Source: Synechococcus sp. (GTDB lineage Bacteria > Cyanobacteriota > Cyanobacteriia > PCC-6307 > Cyanobiaceae). From it: 64,000 bases of DNA. The position numbers were made by a program, and so were the translations under genes. This document shows, piece by piece, positions 1-11,967 of the stretch; position 1 is the first letter of the stretch; every line of letters begins with the position of its first letter. The stretch covers positions 1,536,136-1,600,135 of the forward strand of contig JBJBDC010000001.1 in assembly GCA_047285535.1 (NCBI GenBank), given 5' to 3'. The notes beneath the pieces are model-generated. The model was not told the origin of the DNA. It did no database searches and saw only the letters and a program-made list of their open reading frames with translations.

Positions 1-24
1 TGCTGGCAAGACTGAGGTGAGCTG

Positions 25-1332
25 ATGCGTGCCCTTCACCGTTTCTTGGCACTGCTCTCGGATCTTCGTCTAGCAATCTTGCTGCTTCTGCTGATTGCCC
101 TAGCCAGTGCCCTTGGGACCATTCTTCCTCAGAACGAAGCTCCAGATCTTTACTTAGGGCGTTTTAACGACGATCCATGGCTCGGCCTGATCAACGGAGA
201 AATCCTCTTACAGCTTCAACTCGATCATATCTATTCCAGCCAGTGGTTTTTAAGCCTTCTGGCATGGCTGGGATTGGCTTTGATTTTGTGTAGCTGGCGT
301 CGTCAATGGCCCGCGCTTCTCGCCTCCATGCGCTGGGTCGACTACCGCAAGCCCAGACAGCTCAGCAAATTGGCTCTGGCCGAATCGATTACTTGTTCAA
401 ACGGTGAATCAGCCTTAGAAACGCTGAACTCACACCTAAAAAAGCAAGGCTGGCAGGTCCAGAAACATAAGGATCGTCTGGCGGCACGTCGCGGTGTCAT
501 TGGCAAAGTTGGGCCCTTATTGGTTCATACGGGATTGGTCCTGCTTTTGATCGGGGCTGCTTGGGGAGCGCTTTCTGGCAACCGCTTAGAACGCTTCCTC
601 GCGCCTGGTCGAGTTCTCGATCTGCTGGACCCCTCCGGCAACAACCGTCTCTCCCTCACTCTTGAGCGCTTCTCAATTGAGAGAGATCCATCAGGGCGCA
701 CAGAGCAATTCCGGTCCACACTTCGGCTCGATCCATCAGATGGCCCCTCGGAAGAGCATGTGATCAGCGTGAATCATCCGCTCCGATACCGAGGTATGAC
801 TGTCTATCAAGCAGATTGGTCACTGGCTGCGATCACCGTGCAGATCGGCAAAAGCCCTGAACTGCAATTACCCCTTCGCAGTTTTCCCGAACTTGGCGAA
901 CAAATGTGGGGACTTGTGCTTCCAACACGTCCTGATGGAAGCGAACCGGTGCTGATGAGCATGAGCAGTGAACAAGGCCCGGTTCAAGTCTTCGATGATG
1001 AAGGATCACTCCTTGGCAACCTCAGACCTGGAGGAGCGTCAACCGAAATCAAAGGATTACCCCTAAAGGTGGCAGAGATCATGCCTGCCAGCGGCCTGCT
1101 TTTAAAGCGCGATCCTGGCGTCCCACTCGTTTATGCAGGATTCGCAATCACACTGCTCGGCGGAGGGCTCAGCTTGGTAGCAACCCGCAAACTATGGGCT
1201 GTGCTCGATCCACCACCCATTGAGCCATCAGGCAGAAAAATACACATTGGCGGGCTTTGCAATCGGAATCTCGCTGGCTTCGCTGCAGAATTGCCAATCC
1301 TGATCAGCAAGCTAGACGGGCCCCATGACTGA
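25..1332 (+). CDS. ccs1: Cytochrome c biogenesis protein Ccs1/ResB
   Basis: N-terminal TM helices with [38 protein letters not shown] and [13 protein letters not shown] motifs of the Ccs1/ResB family. Confidence 0.93.
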   Translation: MRALHRFLALLSDLRLAILLLLLIALASALGTILPQNEAPDLYLGRFNDDPWLGLINGEILLQLQLDHIYSSQWFLSLLAWLGLALILCSWRRQWPALLASMRWVDYRKPRQLSKLALAESITCSNGESALETLNSHLKKQGWQVQKHKDRLAARRGVIGKVGPLLVHTGLVLLLIGAAWGALSGNRLERFLAPGRVLDLLDPSGNNRLSLTLERFSIERDPSGRTEQFRSTLRLDPSDGPSEEHVISVNHPLRYRGMTVYQADWSLAAITVQIGKSPELQLPLRSFPELGEQMWGLVLPTRPDGSEPVLMSMSSEQGPVQVFDDEGSLLGNLRPGGASTEIKGLPLKVAEIMPASGLLLKRDPGVPLVYAGFAITLLGGGLSLVATRKLWAVLDPPPIEPSGRKIHIGGLCNRNLAGFAAELPILISKLDGPHD

Positions 1333-1714
1333 CTCTCACAACGGTGTGAACGTTGCCACGAGGGTTGAAATCAGCTTCTAGCTGCATCCAAACCGGATCG
1401 CAGGCCATCACCAAATCATCAAGAATCTTGTTCGCCACCTCTTCATGAGAAATGGAACAGTCACGAAAGTGATTGATGTACAACTTGATGGCTTTCAACT
1501 CGACCACTCGGGGACCCGGCTGATAGATCAAGCGCAAGACAGCAAAGTCGGGGTAACCCGAAAAAGGGCAAAGACAGGTGAATTCCGGCAATTCAATTGA
1601 AATCTCATAGGGGCGTCCCACCCTTGGATTGTCGAAACAAATCAACTCTGCGTCTGCAATAGCTCTTTCGCCATACAAAGGAGTTTTGGTGATCTCAGTG
1701 CCGGAGTTGCTCAT
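1304..1714 (-). CDS. queF: preQ1 synthase / 7-cyano-7-deazaguanine reductase
   Basis: [28 protein letters not shown] and FNPRG motifs. Confidence 0.95.
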   Translation of the reverse strand: MSNSGTEITKTPLYGERAIADAELICFDNPRVGRPYEISIELPEFTCLCPFSGYPDFAVLRLIYQPGPRVVELKAIKLYINHFRDCSISHEEVANKILDDLVMACDPVWMQLEADFNPRGNVHTVVRVSHGARLAC

Positions 1715-1798
1715 GAGGCAAATACAGGGAAAACCAGCAGCTGAGACTAGAGCCGGCCTTCAACCAATGCTGATCGACTCTCCACGATGATTGATTTG

Positions 1799-1812
1799 GT
1801 ATCAAGACTTAC
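1799..1812 (+). promoter_or_regulatory. NtcA binding site upstream of the small ORF-glnB unit
   Basis: Perfect GTA-N8-TAC (GTATCAAGACTTAC), with a weak -10-like CCTAAT at 1835-1840, 22 nt downstream (class II NtcA geometry). Confidence 0.8.
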
Positions 1813-1866
1813 AAACGGTGACTGGAAATCAAGGCCTAATGGAAGGAAGTCAACAATCGCTTTAAT

Positions 1867-2094
1867 ATGGATCTCAGACTGATGATCGAAGGTCATTCCT
1901 TGCGACTGCAGCCTGAGAGTGTTCATGGAATGCTGTGGCTCCAAACTCATTTCGAGCAATCCCATTGGGACCTTCTCTCTCAGGGACTCGTCACAGTGAG
2001 TCAACCCAATGCTGAAGAACTCATTGCAGATGCAACGACAGCTGGATTGAACCTTTCTCCTCTCTCAGCCCTGTCATCTCAGGACAATTCCTGA
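1867..2094 (+). CDS. Conserved picocyanobacterial hypothetical protein upstream of glnB
   Basis: 75-aa ORF with SVHGMLWLQTHFE motif, co-oriented with glnB and downstream of the NtcA box. Confidence 0.8.
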   Translation: MDLRLMIEGHSLRLQPESVHGMLWLQTHFEQSHWDLLSQGLVTVSQPNAEELIADATTAGLNLSPLSALSSQDNS

Positions 2095-3273
<1,179 letters not shown>

Positions 3274-3464
3274 TTCGACATGAAAACAGAGTGAAAACGA
3301 AACAAATACTGGAGTTCTGCACAGATTTCCACAGAGTTCCTTGAAGATCTTGGCAAGCCGCACGCAAGTACGTGTCAGCCAACAAGCCTTTAAATATCAA
3401 AAGCAGACGCCGCCCACATCTACGGGCAAAGGTTTGTCTGACACCTCATCAGCCATCAGGGTGC

Positions 3465-3635
3465 GTGCTGGAGCTCCTAGCACCAGGATCCTTTGTGATG
3501 CTTGACAACCACCCAAACGATCTACCCCCTTTTCAAGTCATAGAATGCCGTGGTGGCCTGTGCTGGGTTCGTCAGCAATCCTGGGGACAGAACGTTCAGT
3601 GGGAAGTTGAGCATCGACGACTCACCTCTGCTTAA
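3465..3635 (+). CDS. Small conserved hypothetical protein
   Basis: LELLAPGSFV..P.DLPPFQVIECRGG.CWVRQQ.WG; GTG start at 3465 preferred to the longer ORF. Confidence 0.65.
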   Translation: MLELLAPGSFVMLDNHPNDLPPFQVIECRGGLCWVRQQSWGQNVQWEVEHRRLTSA

Positions 3636-3701
3636 GAGAAATTCCGCGAGACCAACCCGTCAGCGCCATACATTGGGTGAGTTGTTGCCACGCGCTGGCC
3701 C

Positions 3702-4997
3702 TTGATCGAGAGATACACCCTGCCCGAAATGGGCGAGATCTGGACAGACCAGGCCAAATACCAAAGTTGGCTGGATGTTGAGATTGCAGCCTGCGAAGCC
3801 AATTGCAGTCTTGGCCGTGTCCCTAAGGACGCGATGGACACGATTCGAGAGCAGGCGAAGTTTGAGCCAGCAAGGATCTTAGAAATCGAGGCCGACGTCC
3901 GCCATGACGTGATTGCTTTCCTCACCAATGTGAATGAACACGTTGGTGATGCAGGTCGATACATCCATGTAGGAATGACCAGTAGTGACGTACTCGATAC
4001 AGGCCTCGCGCTTCAGCTGAAAGCATCCGTTGCGCTACTGCGCCAAGAGTTGACGGCCTTGGATGCAGCGATCGCCAAGTTGGCCACAGAACACAAGGCC
4101 ACCGTCATGATTGGTCGGTCTCACGCCATTCATGGCGAGCCGATCACCTTTGGGTTCAAGTTGGCGGGCTGGTTAGCTGAAACACGCCGCAATGCTGAGC
4201 GACTGGCTCGACTCGAACGTGATGTCGCGGTAGGCCAGGTCAGCGGAGCGATGGGCACCTACGCCAATACAGATCCTGAGGTGGAAAGACTGACTTGCGA
4301 ATTACTGGGTCTCACTGCAGACACTGCGAGCACCCAAGTCATCTCCCGCGATCGCCATGCCGACTACGTGCAAATCTTGGCGCTCATTGGGGCCTCACTC
4401 GATCGCTTCGCCACAGAGATTCGCAACTTGCAGCGCACAGATGTGCTTGAAGTCGAAGAAAGCTTCGCGAAGGGACAAAAAGGCAGCTCGGCCATGCCCC
4501 ATAAACGCAATCCCATTCGCAGCGAACGAATCAGCGGTTTGGCAAGAGTGCTCCGCAGTTACGTCGTCGCCGCACTGGAGAACGTCGCTCTCTGGCACGA
4601 ACGTGACATCAGCCACAGCTCGACAGAGCGGATGATGCTGCCGGACTGCTCTGCAACCCTGCACTTCATGCTCCGGGAGATGACTGCCGTGATCTCAGGC
4701 CTCGGGGTCTACCCCGACAACATGGTTCGCAATATGAATGTGTATGGAGGCGTAGTGTTCAGCCAACGGGTCCTCCTAGCACTCGTGGAGAGAGGCATGA
4801 GCCGCGAAGATGCTTACCAGGTTGTTCAGCGCAACGCTCACAGTGCTTGGAACACGAATGGTGGTGACTTCCGTTCCAACCTTCAAAACGATTCAGAGGT
4901 GACCGGCAAGCTCACTGAAGACCAACTTGCTGAATGTTTCAGCACCGACCTGCACCAAGCAAATCTGGGTGTGGTCTGGGATCGACTGGGCCTTTGA
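3702..4997 (+). CDS. purB: Adenylosuccinate lyase
   Basis: MIERY start, RHDVIAF, TSSDVLDT, GSSAMPHKRNP signature. Confidence 0.98.
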   Translation: MIERYTLPEMGEIWTDQAKYQSWLDVEIAACEANCSLGRVPKDAMDTIREQAKFEPARILEIEADVRHDVIAFLTNVNEHVGDAGRYIHVGMTSSDVLDTGLALQLKASVALLRQELTALDAAIAKLATEHKATVMIGRSHAIHGEPITFGFKLAGWLAETRRNAERLARLERDVAVGQVSGAMGTYANTDPEVERLTCELLGLTADTASTQVISRDRHADYVQILALIGASLDRFATEIRNLQRTDVLEVEESFAKGQKGSSAMPHKRNPIRSERISGLARVLRSYVVAALENVALWHERDISHSSTERMMLPDCSATLHFMLREMTAVISGLGVYPDNMVRNMNVYGGVVFSQRVLLALVERGMSREDAYQVVQRNAHSAWNTNGGDFRSNLQNDSEVTGKLTEDQLAECFSTDLHQANLGVVWDRLGL

Positions 4998-5001
4998 GTC
5001 G

Positions 5002-5103
5002 ATGTTTTGGACTCCCTATGCCGACTGGATTTACGTGGTGATGAGCGTTAGCGGGATGATCCTCATCATCGCGCTAGTGCTGCGCCCTGACGCAAAGTCA
5101 TGA
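5002..5103 (+). CDS. Small single-TM membrane protein (33 aa, [33 protein letters not shown])
   Basis: Hand translation; fills the purB-fumC gap, and its stop overlaps the fumC ATG (ATGA). Confidence 0.65.
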   Translation: MFWTPYADWIYVVMSVSGMILIIALVLRPDAKS

Positions 5104-6491
5104 CCAAAACAACCAGGACTGAATACGACAGCATGGGGCCGGTGAACGTGCCGGCTGATGCCCTTTGGGGTGCACAAACTCAACGTTCTCTAGAGAACTT
5201 CGCGATCAGTGATGACCGAATTCCTCTTGAGCTGATCCACGCTCTGGCACAGATCAAGCAAGCAGCTGCAATTGTTAACGCCCGACTGGGAGTGCTGGAT
5301 GACAGCCGACGCGACCTGATCGTGACAGCGGCGGCTGCGATTGCGGAGGGTCTCCACGATGATCAGTTCCCTCTGCGAGTCTGGCAAACCGGAAGCGGCA
5401 CCCAGACAAACATGAACGTGAATGAGGTGATCAGCAACCTGGTGTCGCATCGAGAAGGGAAGCCATTAGGCAGTCATGAACCTGTGCACCCGAACGATCA
5501 CGTCAACCGCTCCCAGTCGACCAATGACGCCTTCCCGGCAGCCATTCACATCGCCACCGCCGCTGGCATCAAGCATCGACTCTTGCCAGAGGTGCAACAC
5601 CTAACCGAAGCCTTTGCAGAGAAGAGTGAAGCTTGGCAGGAAATCGTAAAAATCGGCCGCACCCATCTGCAGGACGCGGTACCTCTCACCCTTGGCCAAG
5701 AGGCGTCTGCCTGGTGCGATCAACTCGCCAGTGCCAGGATCAGAATCGAAACATCGTTACAGGAACTGCACCCGCTGCCTCTTGGCGGCACTGCAGTGGG
5801 TACAGGCTTAAATGCTCCCAAAGGATTCGCCGAAGAAGCTGCGGCTGAGCTGGTCCGCCTCACTGGTTTGCCCTTGTGCTCAGCCCCCAACAAATTCGCT
5901 GTGATGGCGAGCCACGACGGGCTCGTCAATGCCATGGGCCAAATGCGATTGCTCGCAGTGAGCCTGCTCAAGATTGCGAACGATATCCGCCTGCTCGCAT
6001 GCGGCCCCCGCGCCGGCCTGGCAGAACTTCATTTGCCAGAAAACGAACCCGGCAGCTCGATCATGCCTGGGAAGGTGAATCCAACACAGTGTGAAGCCAT
6101 GGCCATGGTGTGCACCCAGGTAATTGGGCTCGATACGGTCGTTGCGATGGCCGGAGCCGGGGGCCATCTGCAGATGAATGTCTACAAACCACTCATCGGT
6201 TTCAACCTGCTTCAGGCGATCAGGCTGCTTACCGATGCCTGCCACTACTTCCGGGTCGCCATGGTGGAAGGCATCGAGCCCAACCGCAGTCGCATCCAAC
6301 GCGATGTCGAGCAGTCGCTGATGCTGGTCACTCCTTTAGCGCCGGTGATCGGTTACGACAAGGCCAGCGCCATTGCCAAGTACGCCCATGAACAGGGCTC
6401 CAGCCTGAGGGATGCTGCGCTGGACCTGGGTTATGTCAGTGCGATGGAATTCGATCGGGTCGTCAATGCTGCGGACATGACGAATTGCTGA
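5100..6491 (+). CDS. fumC: Class II fumarate hydratase
   Basis: [39 protein letters not shown] signature. Confidence 0.98.
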   Translation: MTKTTRTEYDSMGPVNVPADALWGAQTQRSLENFAISDDRIPLELIHALAQIKQAAAIVNARLGVLDDSRRDLIVTAAAAIAEGLHDDQFPLRVWQTGSGTQTNMNVNEVISNLVSHREGKPLGSHEPVHPNDHVNRSQSTNDAFPAAIHIATAAGIKHRLLPEVQHLTEAFAEKSEAWQEIVKIGRTHLQDAVPLTLGQEASAWCDQLASARIRIETSLQELHPLPLGGTAVGTGLNAPKGFAEEAAAELVRLTGLPLCSAPNKFAVMASHDGLVNAMGQMRLLAVSLLKIANDIRLLACGPRAGLAELHLPENEPGSSIMPGKVNPTQCEAMAMVCTQVIGLDTVVAMAGAGGHLQMNVYKPLIGFNLLQAIRLLTDACHYFRVAMVEGIEPNRSRIQRDVEQSLMLVTPLAPVIGYDKASAIAKYAHEQGSSLRDAALDLGYVSAMEFDRVVNAADMTNC

Positions 6492-6539
6492 TGGGATCGA
6501 GTCACAACTGAAGTCTTGAAACTCGAGTTCTGAGAAGAT

Positions 6540-9275
6540 TTATGCTGCACGCTCAGTCGCCACATTTAAGCCTCCGGCTTCAGCCGCCGCGGCCGTGATC
6601 AACTGATCAGCTTCTGCAACTGGGAAACGATTAATCGCCTTCAACGCCTGATGGGCGTTCTTGCGCAGCTGCTCACTGATCGCTTCGCAGTAAGGAACTT
6701 GCGCCAATAAATCCACCGTGCGCCGCATGATCCTCACGACGTCTCCCTCATCCAACGAGGTGTTAGCAATCAGATCATGCCAAGTCGTTCCCTTCGCCCA
6801 AGCTTCCACTAATCCCATCAACTCAGGCTCCCACCAAGCTGGCACCACCACCTTGTATCGCTCCTGCGCCCTTAGAAGCTCTCGACGGATTCCCGACAAA
6901 TCCTGCAAGGCCTCTTCTGCAAGAGGAGGAGCAGGGAATCCACTCCAAAGATCTGGTCGATTCACCTCGGTGCTGATGGCTTCGAACACTGAGGCCAGTT
7001 CTGACGGTGGCAACTCATCAAGGTGACCGCTCATTAATGCGAGTCCAAGCCAGAGCTCGTTGTCGCCACGCAGCGCGGCAACGGTACGACCGATCTCCGT
7101 CGGTTCCAAATCGTCAAGGCAGCCGAAATGCCGAAGAATTTCAATCAGGGCCAGAAAAGTCTCCCAGTGCCGGTTGGAACGGTGATGGAGCAATTGCTGG
7201 CGTTCACGGATTTCAAGCTCAAGATCCTCCATACGTCGCCGGTGCTTCTTGAGCTGCTTACGATCTCCCCAACGATGAGCCGGATGACACGCCAGCTGAT
7301 CCTCCAAGTCATGAACTAGCCGAACTTGAGACAGTACCTCGCCAGCCAGGTCGTACTGAGGAGTCGTCATGTCATGGCGTCGAGCCATATGCGCAACTGC
7401 CAAGGCCAGAGCTCCGCTTTCCTGATCACCATGACGGAGTTCGCCGGCACGGCTCAGGTCGGGCGCATTCACTCCACCCACTTGCAAACAACTTAATTCC
7501 GCATGCAAGCTCACCACCCCCTGACAGGACAGAAGGATCCAAACGTTGTCCTGCGTTAAACAAAGCAAGAGTGGGAACTGCCCTGGGCCATCGCATTTCT
7601 CAACGATCACTGCCGGTGTTACCCCACCGCGCAAGCGAGGTGATTTAAGGCTCACCATCGTCCCTTCGCTGGCAAACTGAAGGGCAATGGTCAGTTCGTG
7701 CGCGAGGGTTTCTTCAGCCTGCTTCTGAAGGATCCTGAGCAAGCGCCTCTCCTCCCGCAGACGGCCGCGCTGTTTTTCGTATTCCTCAAAGTCTTCCCAA
7801 GGCACATCTCCAGCGGTGCCTTCAAGTTGGGTCAGCTGCAAGCGCAACTCACCCAACTGTTCTTCTTCGTCCACCAAATCCAAACTTGCGAGGTAACGGC
7901 CAAAGCTGCGCTCCACGAGCTCTCTTGATTTAGCCAGGTCATGACGCTGCAACAGATTGAGCACCATCCCATAGCTAGGGGTGAACTGACTCACAAGCGG
8001 ATCAGAAGCACTAGTAGCCAACTGGGCCGCCTCACGCACCCCCTCAAATCGACTCTGCACTGTCACCACATAACCCTTCGTGTCCAAGCCTCGGCGGCCC
8101 GCACGACCAGCCATTTGCAGAAACTCACTGGCCATCAACGGACGATGACCACGTTCAGTTCGCTTCGAGAGAGATGCGATCACAGTGCTCCGCGCCGGCA
8201 TGTTGATTCCCGCCGCCAGCGTTTCAGTGGCGAACACCACCTTCACCAAACCCTTCTGAAACAGCTCCTCAATAAGCTCTTTCCAAGCAGGGAGCACTCC
8301 GGCGTGATGGGAAGCGATCCCACGCAGCAAAGCATCGGCATGAAACCCATCCCGCACGGCCTCAGGATTCGCAATTGTGTAGTCCTGAAGCCGCTGTCGA
8401 ATCGTGACTTGCTCCTCTTCCGTCACTAAACACTGAACCCCAAGGTCGCGAACGGCTTTATCACATCCACGGCGACTAAAAATGAAATAGATGGCAGGGA
8501 GCATTTCCCGTTCAGCCATTTGCGCCACAACAAAGCTGATGGGAGGAGCTTCCGGTTGAGGGGGCCTGGGAGAACGGCCTTTGCGTTTATGCCCTTTTGG
8601 CGCTCGCCAAACCTTGCAGTTGGGATGGATGCCAGTCCCCTTTTCATTCAGAAGTTGATGAAGCCCCCTGGCACTACAGAAGCTGAATTGCAGGGGAACT
8701 GGACGAAAATCACTGATAACAAGTCGAGTGGGACCATGCACCTTCTCAATCCAATCAGTGAGTTGCTCCGCGTTAGCAACGGTGGCGGACAACGCCACCA
8801 GTTGCACTGAGGATGGGCAGTGAATAATCGATTCTTCCCAGACAGTGCCCCTCTGGGAATCATTCATGTAGTGACACTCATCGAGCACCACAGACTCCAC
8901 ATCAGCGAGAGGGTCGTCATGCTGATCCGCTTCTGCGTAAAGCATGTTGCGGAAGATCTCAGTAGTCATGACCACCACGCGGGCCTCACGATTCACACTG
9001 AGGTCACCCGTCATTAAGCCAACATTTTCGGTTCCAAACTGTGCACGAAAATCACGTAACTTCTGATTAGACAAGGCCTTCAGAGGTGTTGTGTAAAACA
9101 CCTTTTGGCCATGGGCAATCGCCCGGTGAATCGCATACTCCCCTACCAGAGTCTTGCCAGATCCAGTGGGCGCACTCACAACAACAGAATGCCCCTGGTT
9201 CAGCGCATCGATCGATTCCAACTGGAACCCATCCAAAGGGAATGGAAACAGCTGAGAAGCATCTGGTGTCACCAT
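6540..9275 (-). CDS. Ski2/HelY-like superfamily II DEAH-box RNA helicase
   Basis: APTGSGKT, DECH, SAT, HHAG, ATETLAAGINMPA, QMAGRAGRRG and a DSHCT-like C-terminus. Confidence 0.92.
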   Translation of the reverse strand: MVTPDASQLFPFPLDGFQLESIDALNQGHSVVVSAPTGSGKTLVGEYAIHRAIAHGQKVFYTTPLKALSNQKLRDFRAQFGTENVGLMTGDLSVNREARVVVMTTEIFRNMLYAEADQHDDPLADVESVVLDECHYMNDSQRGTVWEESIIHCPSSVQLVALSATVANAEQLTDWIEKVHGPTRLVISDFRPVPLQFSFCSARGLHQLLNEKGTGIHPNCKVWRAPKGHKRKGRSPRPPQPEAPPISFVVAQMAEREMLPAIYFIFSRRGCDKAVRDLGVQCLVTEEEQVTIRQRLQDYTIANPEAVRDGFHADALLRGIASHHAGVLPAWKELIEELFQKGLVKVVFATETLAAGINMPARSTVIASLSKRTERGHRPLMASEFLQMAGRAGRRGLDTKGYVVTVQSRFEGVREAAQLATSASDPLVSQFTPSYGMVLNLLQRHDLAKSRELVERSFGRYLASLDLVDEEEQLGELRLQLTQLEGTAGDVPWEDFEEYEKQRGRLREERRLLRILQKQAEETLAHELTIALQFASEGTMVSLKSPRLRGGVTPAVIVEKCDGPGQFPLLLCLTQDNVWILLSCQGVVSLHAELSCLQVGGVNAPDLSRAGELRHGDQESGALALAVAHMARRHDMTTPQYDLAGEVLSQVRLVHDLEDQLACHPAHRWGDRKQLKKHRRRMEDLELEIRERQQLLHHRSNRHWETFLALIEILRHFGCLDDLEPTEIGRTVAALRGDNELWLGLALMSGHLDELPPSELASVFEAISTEVNRPDLWSGFPAPPLAEEALQDLSGIRRELLRAQERYKVVVPAWWEPELMGLVEAWAKGTTWHDLIANTSLDEGDVVRIMRRTVDLLAQVPYCEAISEQLRKNAHQALKAINRFPVAEADQLITAAAAEAGGLNVATERAA

Positions 9276-9324
9276 GATTGGGATCCTAGGGATGGCGCGA
9301 GCAGGGAGCAGCAAACTAAGCAAC

Positions 9325-10482
9325 ATGAGCAGCCCATCCCAGGCCCGCCGCCGTCAGCTCCGCACTTGGAGTCCTAATCCAGATGGTTCAGGCTTCCTTC
9401 CTGTCAGATCGACCAAGGAGGAGATTGAGTCGCAGCGCCCCTTAGTGGATCTAGCCAGCAACGACTATCTCAACCTGGCTCAGCACCCAGAGCTCATCCA
9501 TGCAGCCAAAGAAGAAATGGAGCGCAGCGGCGTTGGAGCCGGAGGTTCCAGGCTGGTCAGCGGAAGCCGCCCAGTGCACGATCAACTTGAAGAACAATTG
9601 GCATGCTGGCTTGATAGGGATCGCGTTCTGCTCTACCCGAGCGGCTTTCAAGCGAATCTGGCTGCCGTCCTTGCTCTCGCGGACCGTCACACACCCGTAC
9701 TGGCTGACAGACTTTGCCATCACTCCTTGCTCACCGGGATTCAAGCCAGTGGTGCCCGCCTCAAACGCTTTTCCCACAACGACCTGATTGATCTAAAACG
9801 CAAGTTGGAGCGCTGCCATCAAGAGCACCCGAAAAAGCGCCCCCTAGTGATCACTGAAAGCCTATTCAGCATGGAAGGCACAAGCCCCGACCTCGGCGCG
9901 ATGGCAGAGATCTGCTATGACCACGGAGCCCGACTGCTGGTGGATGAGGCTCATGCGCTAGGGGTGCTCGGAGCAGAGGGGCGCGGACTCTGCCAAGCGT
10001 TACCCAAACACGCTGTGACCATGCTTAGCGGAACCTTTGGCAAGGCCTTTGGCAGCGGTGGAGCATTTCTGGCCTGTAATGCAGCCCTCGGGGAGACCTT
10101 GCTCCAATCCAGCGGTGCTTTTCGATATACCACTGCGTTGTCACCACCCCTTGCTGCAGCGGCTCTTGCAGCCTTGACGCTGATGCAACGCCATCCCCAT
10201 TGGTCTGTAGAGCTGATCTCAAGGAGCCATCAGTGGCGATCCGCTTTTGCATCAGCAGGATGGCCATGTCCAGGCGGCACAGGACCGATTCTGCCCCTCA
10301 TAATCGGTCCTGACCAAAGAGCTCTCGACTGCCAACAGAAGTTAGAAACTGCAGGTTTACTAAGCATTGCCATCCGCCCCCCTACCGTTCCCGAAGGAAC
10401 AGCCAGGCTGCGCTTGGTGATCCGTCGGCAACTGCCCGATGGAACATTGGAGAAAGTACTGAAAGCCCTCCCCTTGAGCTGA
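9325..10482 (+). CDS. bioF: 8-amino-7-oxononanoate synthase
   Basis: SNDYL, GAGGSRLVSG, VDEAH, TFGKAFG (PLP lysine), IRPPTVP; first gene of the bio cluster. Confidence 0.95.
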   Translation: MSSPSQARRRQLRTWSPNPDGSGFLPVRSTKEEIESQRPLVDLASNDYLNLAQHPELIHAAKEEMERSGVGAGGSRLVSGSRPVHDQLEEQLACWLDRDRVLLYPSGFQANLAAVLALADRHTPVLADRLCHHSLLTGIQASGARLKRFSHNDLIDLKRKLERCHQEHPKKRPLVITESLFSMEGTSPDLGAMAEICYDHGARLLVDEAHALGVLGAEGRGLCQALPKHAVTMLSGTFGKAFGSGGAFLACNAALGETLLQSSGAFRYTTALSPPLAAAALAALTLMQRHPHWSVELISRSHQWRSAFASAGWPCPGGTGPILPLIIGPDQRALDCQQKLETAGLLSIAIRPPTVPEGTARLRLVIRRQLPDGTLEKVLKALPLS

Positions 10483-10489
10483 TGTGCGC

Positions 10490-11215
10490 ATGAAACAGGT
10501 CATCGCGATGCACGGTTGGAGCGGAGATAGCCATGCATGGAGGCCCTGGATTCGCCATTTCAAGCAACACAACTGGTTTTGGCAAAGCGGTGAGCGCGGT
10601 TACGGCAGTCTCCAGGTCCAAATGCCGTTCTGGAAGGACGATCATGATCCAATTGAGGAACAACGCCGAGTGGTGATTGCCCACTCACTTGGACCGCATT
10701 TGCTTCCGGATGAGGTGCTCGCCCTAGCCACAGATGTGGTGTTTTTGGCGAGTTTCGCGAGATTTGTGCCAAACGGAGCCAAAGGCCGAGCCCTTGCCAC
10801 GGGCCTTAAGGGCATGCGCCGCTGCATAGGTAGCAGCGAAGAATCCAAGATGCTGAACAGTTTTTGGGCACGGGCAACCGCGCCAGCCTTCCCAAAGGGA
10901 TTACCGCGCGGACCGATCGATGAAGGACTATCAACCAAGGGCCGCCAACGCTTGATCGACGATTTGGATCGTCTCATTGCAAGCTCAGAGCTCCCTCCGG
11001 GGCTGCGAGAAACAACACGCGTACTGATTGTTGAAGCTGGACAAGACGCCATCGTGGTGCCCGCCGCTAGACGAGAACTGCTCGAGGCCTTGCAGAGCCG
11101 ACTGCAGAAGCAAGCAGAGCAATGGATACTGAAGGAAAGCGGTCATGCACTATTGATTCCTGATCTGCTGATGCGTGTCCAGCGATGGCTTGATCAGGAT
11201 TGTCCAGCGTCATGA
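10490..11215 (+). CDS. bioK: Alpha/beta hydrolase, probable pimeloyl-ACP methyl ester esterase (BioK type)
   Basis: HGWSG oxyanion motif, AHSLG nucleophile elbow, D..V and GH triad residues; lies between bioF and bioC. Confidence 0.7.
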   Translation: MKQVIAMHGWSGDSHAWRPWIRHFKQHNWFWQSGERGYGSLQVQMPFWKDDHDPIEEQRRVVIAHSLGPHLLPDEVLALATDVVFLASFARFVPNGAKGRALATGLKGMRRCIGSSEESKMLNSFWARATAPAFPKGLPRGPIDEGLSTKGRQRLIDDLDRLIASSELPPGLRETTRVLIVEAGQDAIVVPAARRELLEALQSRLQKQAEQWILKESGHALLIPDLLMRVQRWLDQDCPAS

Positions 11216-11967
11216 ACACCACCTGGGGATCCAAAGTTCTCACGAGCTTCGAAGGCGCAGCATTTAAGTACAACGATGCAGCCCGTCTCCAAAAGGCGAT
11301 GGCCTGGCGACTAGCTGGACACTGCCGTCGACTGCCAATTCCAGCAGGACGATGGATGGATCTAGGAAGTGGAACGGGTTTGCTTGCCAATGCCATCGAA
11401 CAACGGAACCCCGGACAGATCGTGGAGCGCATCGATGGAAGTCCATCGATGCATAGATACAGCAGCCGGGAAGAACACACTCAGGTGTGGGATTTGAATG
11501 ATCCTTTACCTAACTGGATAGACCCTCCGACTCTTATTGCCTCAAGTTTCTGTTTGCATTGGTTATCTGATCCAGTAATCACACTTCGGCATTGGTTCGA
11601 GCGGCTAGCCCCCAAAGGCTGGTTAATCGTGGCTCTGCCGATTCAAGGCTGTTTCCCTCAATGGCACACAGCGGCCCGTCAAGCGTCAGTCCCTTGCTCA
11701 GCACTGCGTCTCCCCTCAAGCCAAGAATTAATTGCTTCATTGCCCACTCAGCAAATCAGACGACAGCAACTGCTGAGGTTTAGCGAAAGAGCCAACCACA
11801 TCACAGCACTCTTGCGACCTATACAGGCCATTGGCGCCGGGACCACCACCAGTGCACCTCTTAGCGTGAAGCAGTGGCGCCAGCTGAACACCGACTGGCC
11901 TGAACGCTGTGCTGATGGACAGATCAGATTGACTTGGGTAATCCAACTGCTGGTGATTGAGCGATGA
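11212..11967 (+). CDS. bioC: Malonyl-ACP O-methyltransferase
   Basis: F..AA..Y...A.LQ N-terminus, DLGSGTG SAM motif, SSFCLHW; bio operon context. Confidence 0.85.
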   Translation: MNTTWGSKVLTSFEGAAFKYNDAARLQKAMAWRLAGHCRRLPIPAGRWMDLGSGTGLLANAIEQRNPGQIVERIDGSPSMHRYSSREEHTQVWDLNDPLPNWIDPPTLIASSFCLHWLSDPVITLRHWFERLAPKGWLIVALPIQGCFPQWHTAARQASVPCSALRLPSSQELIASLPTQQIRRQQLLRFSERANHITALLRPIQAIGAGTTTSAPLSVKQWRQLNTDWPERCADGQIRLTWVIQLLVIER

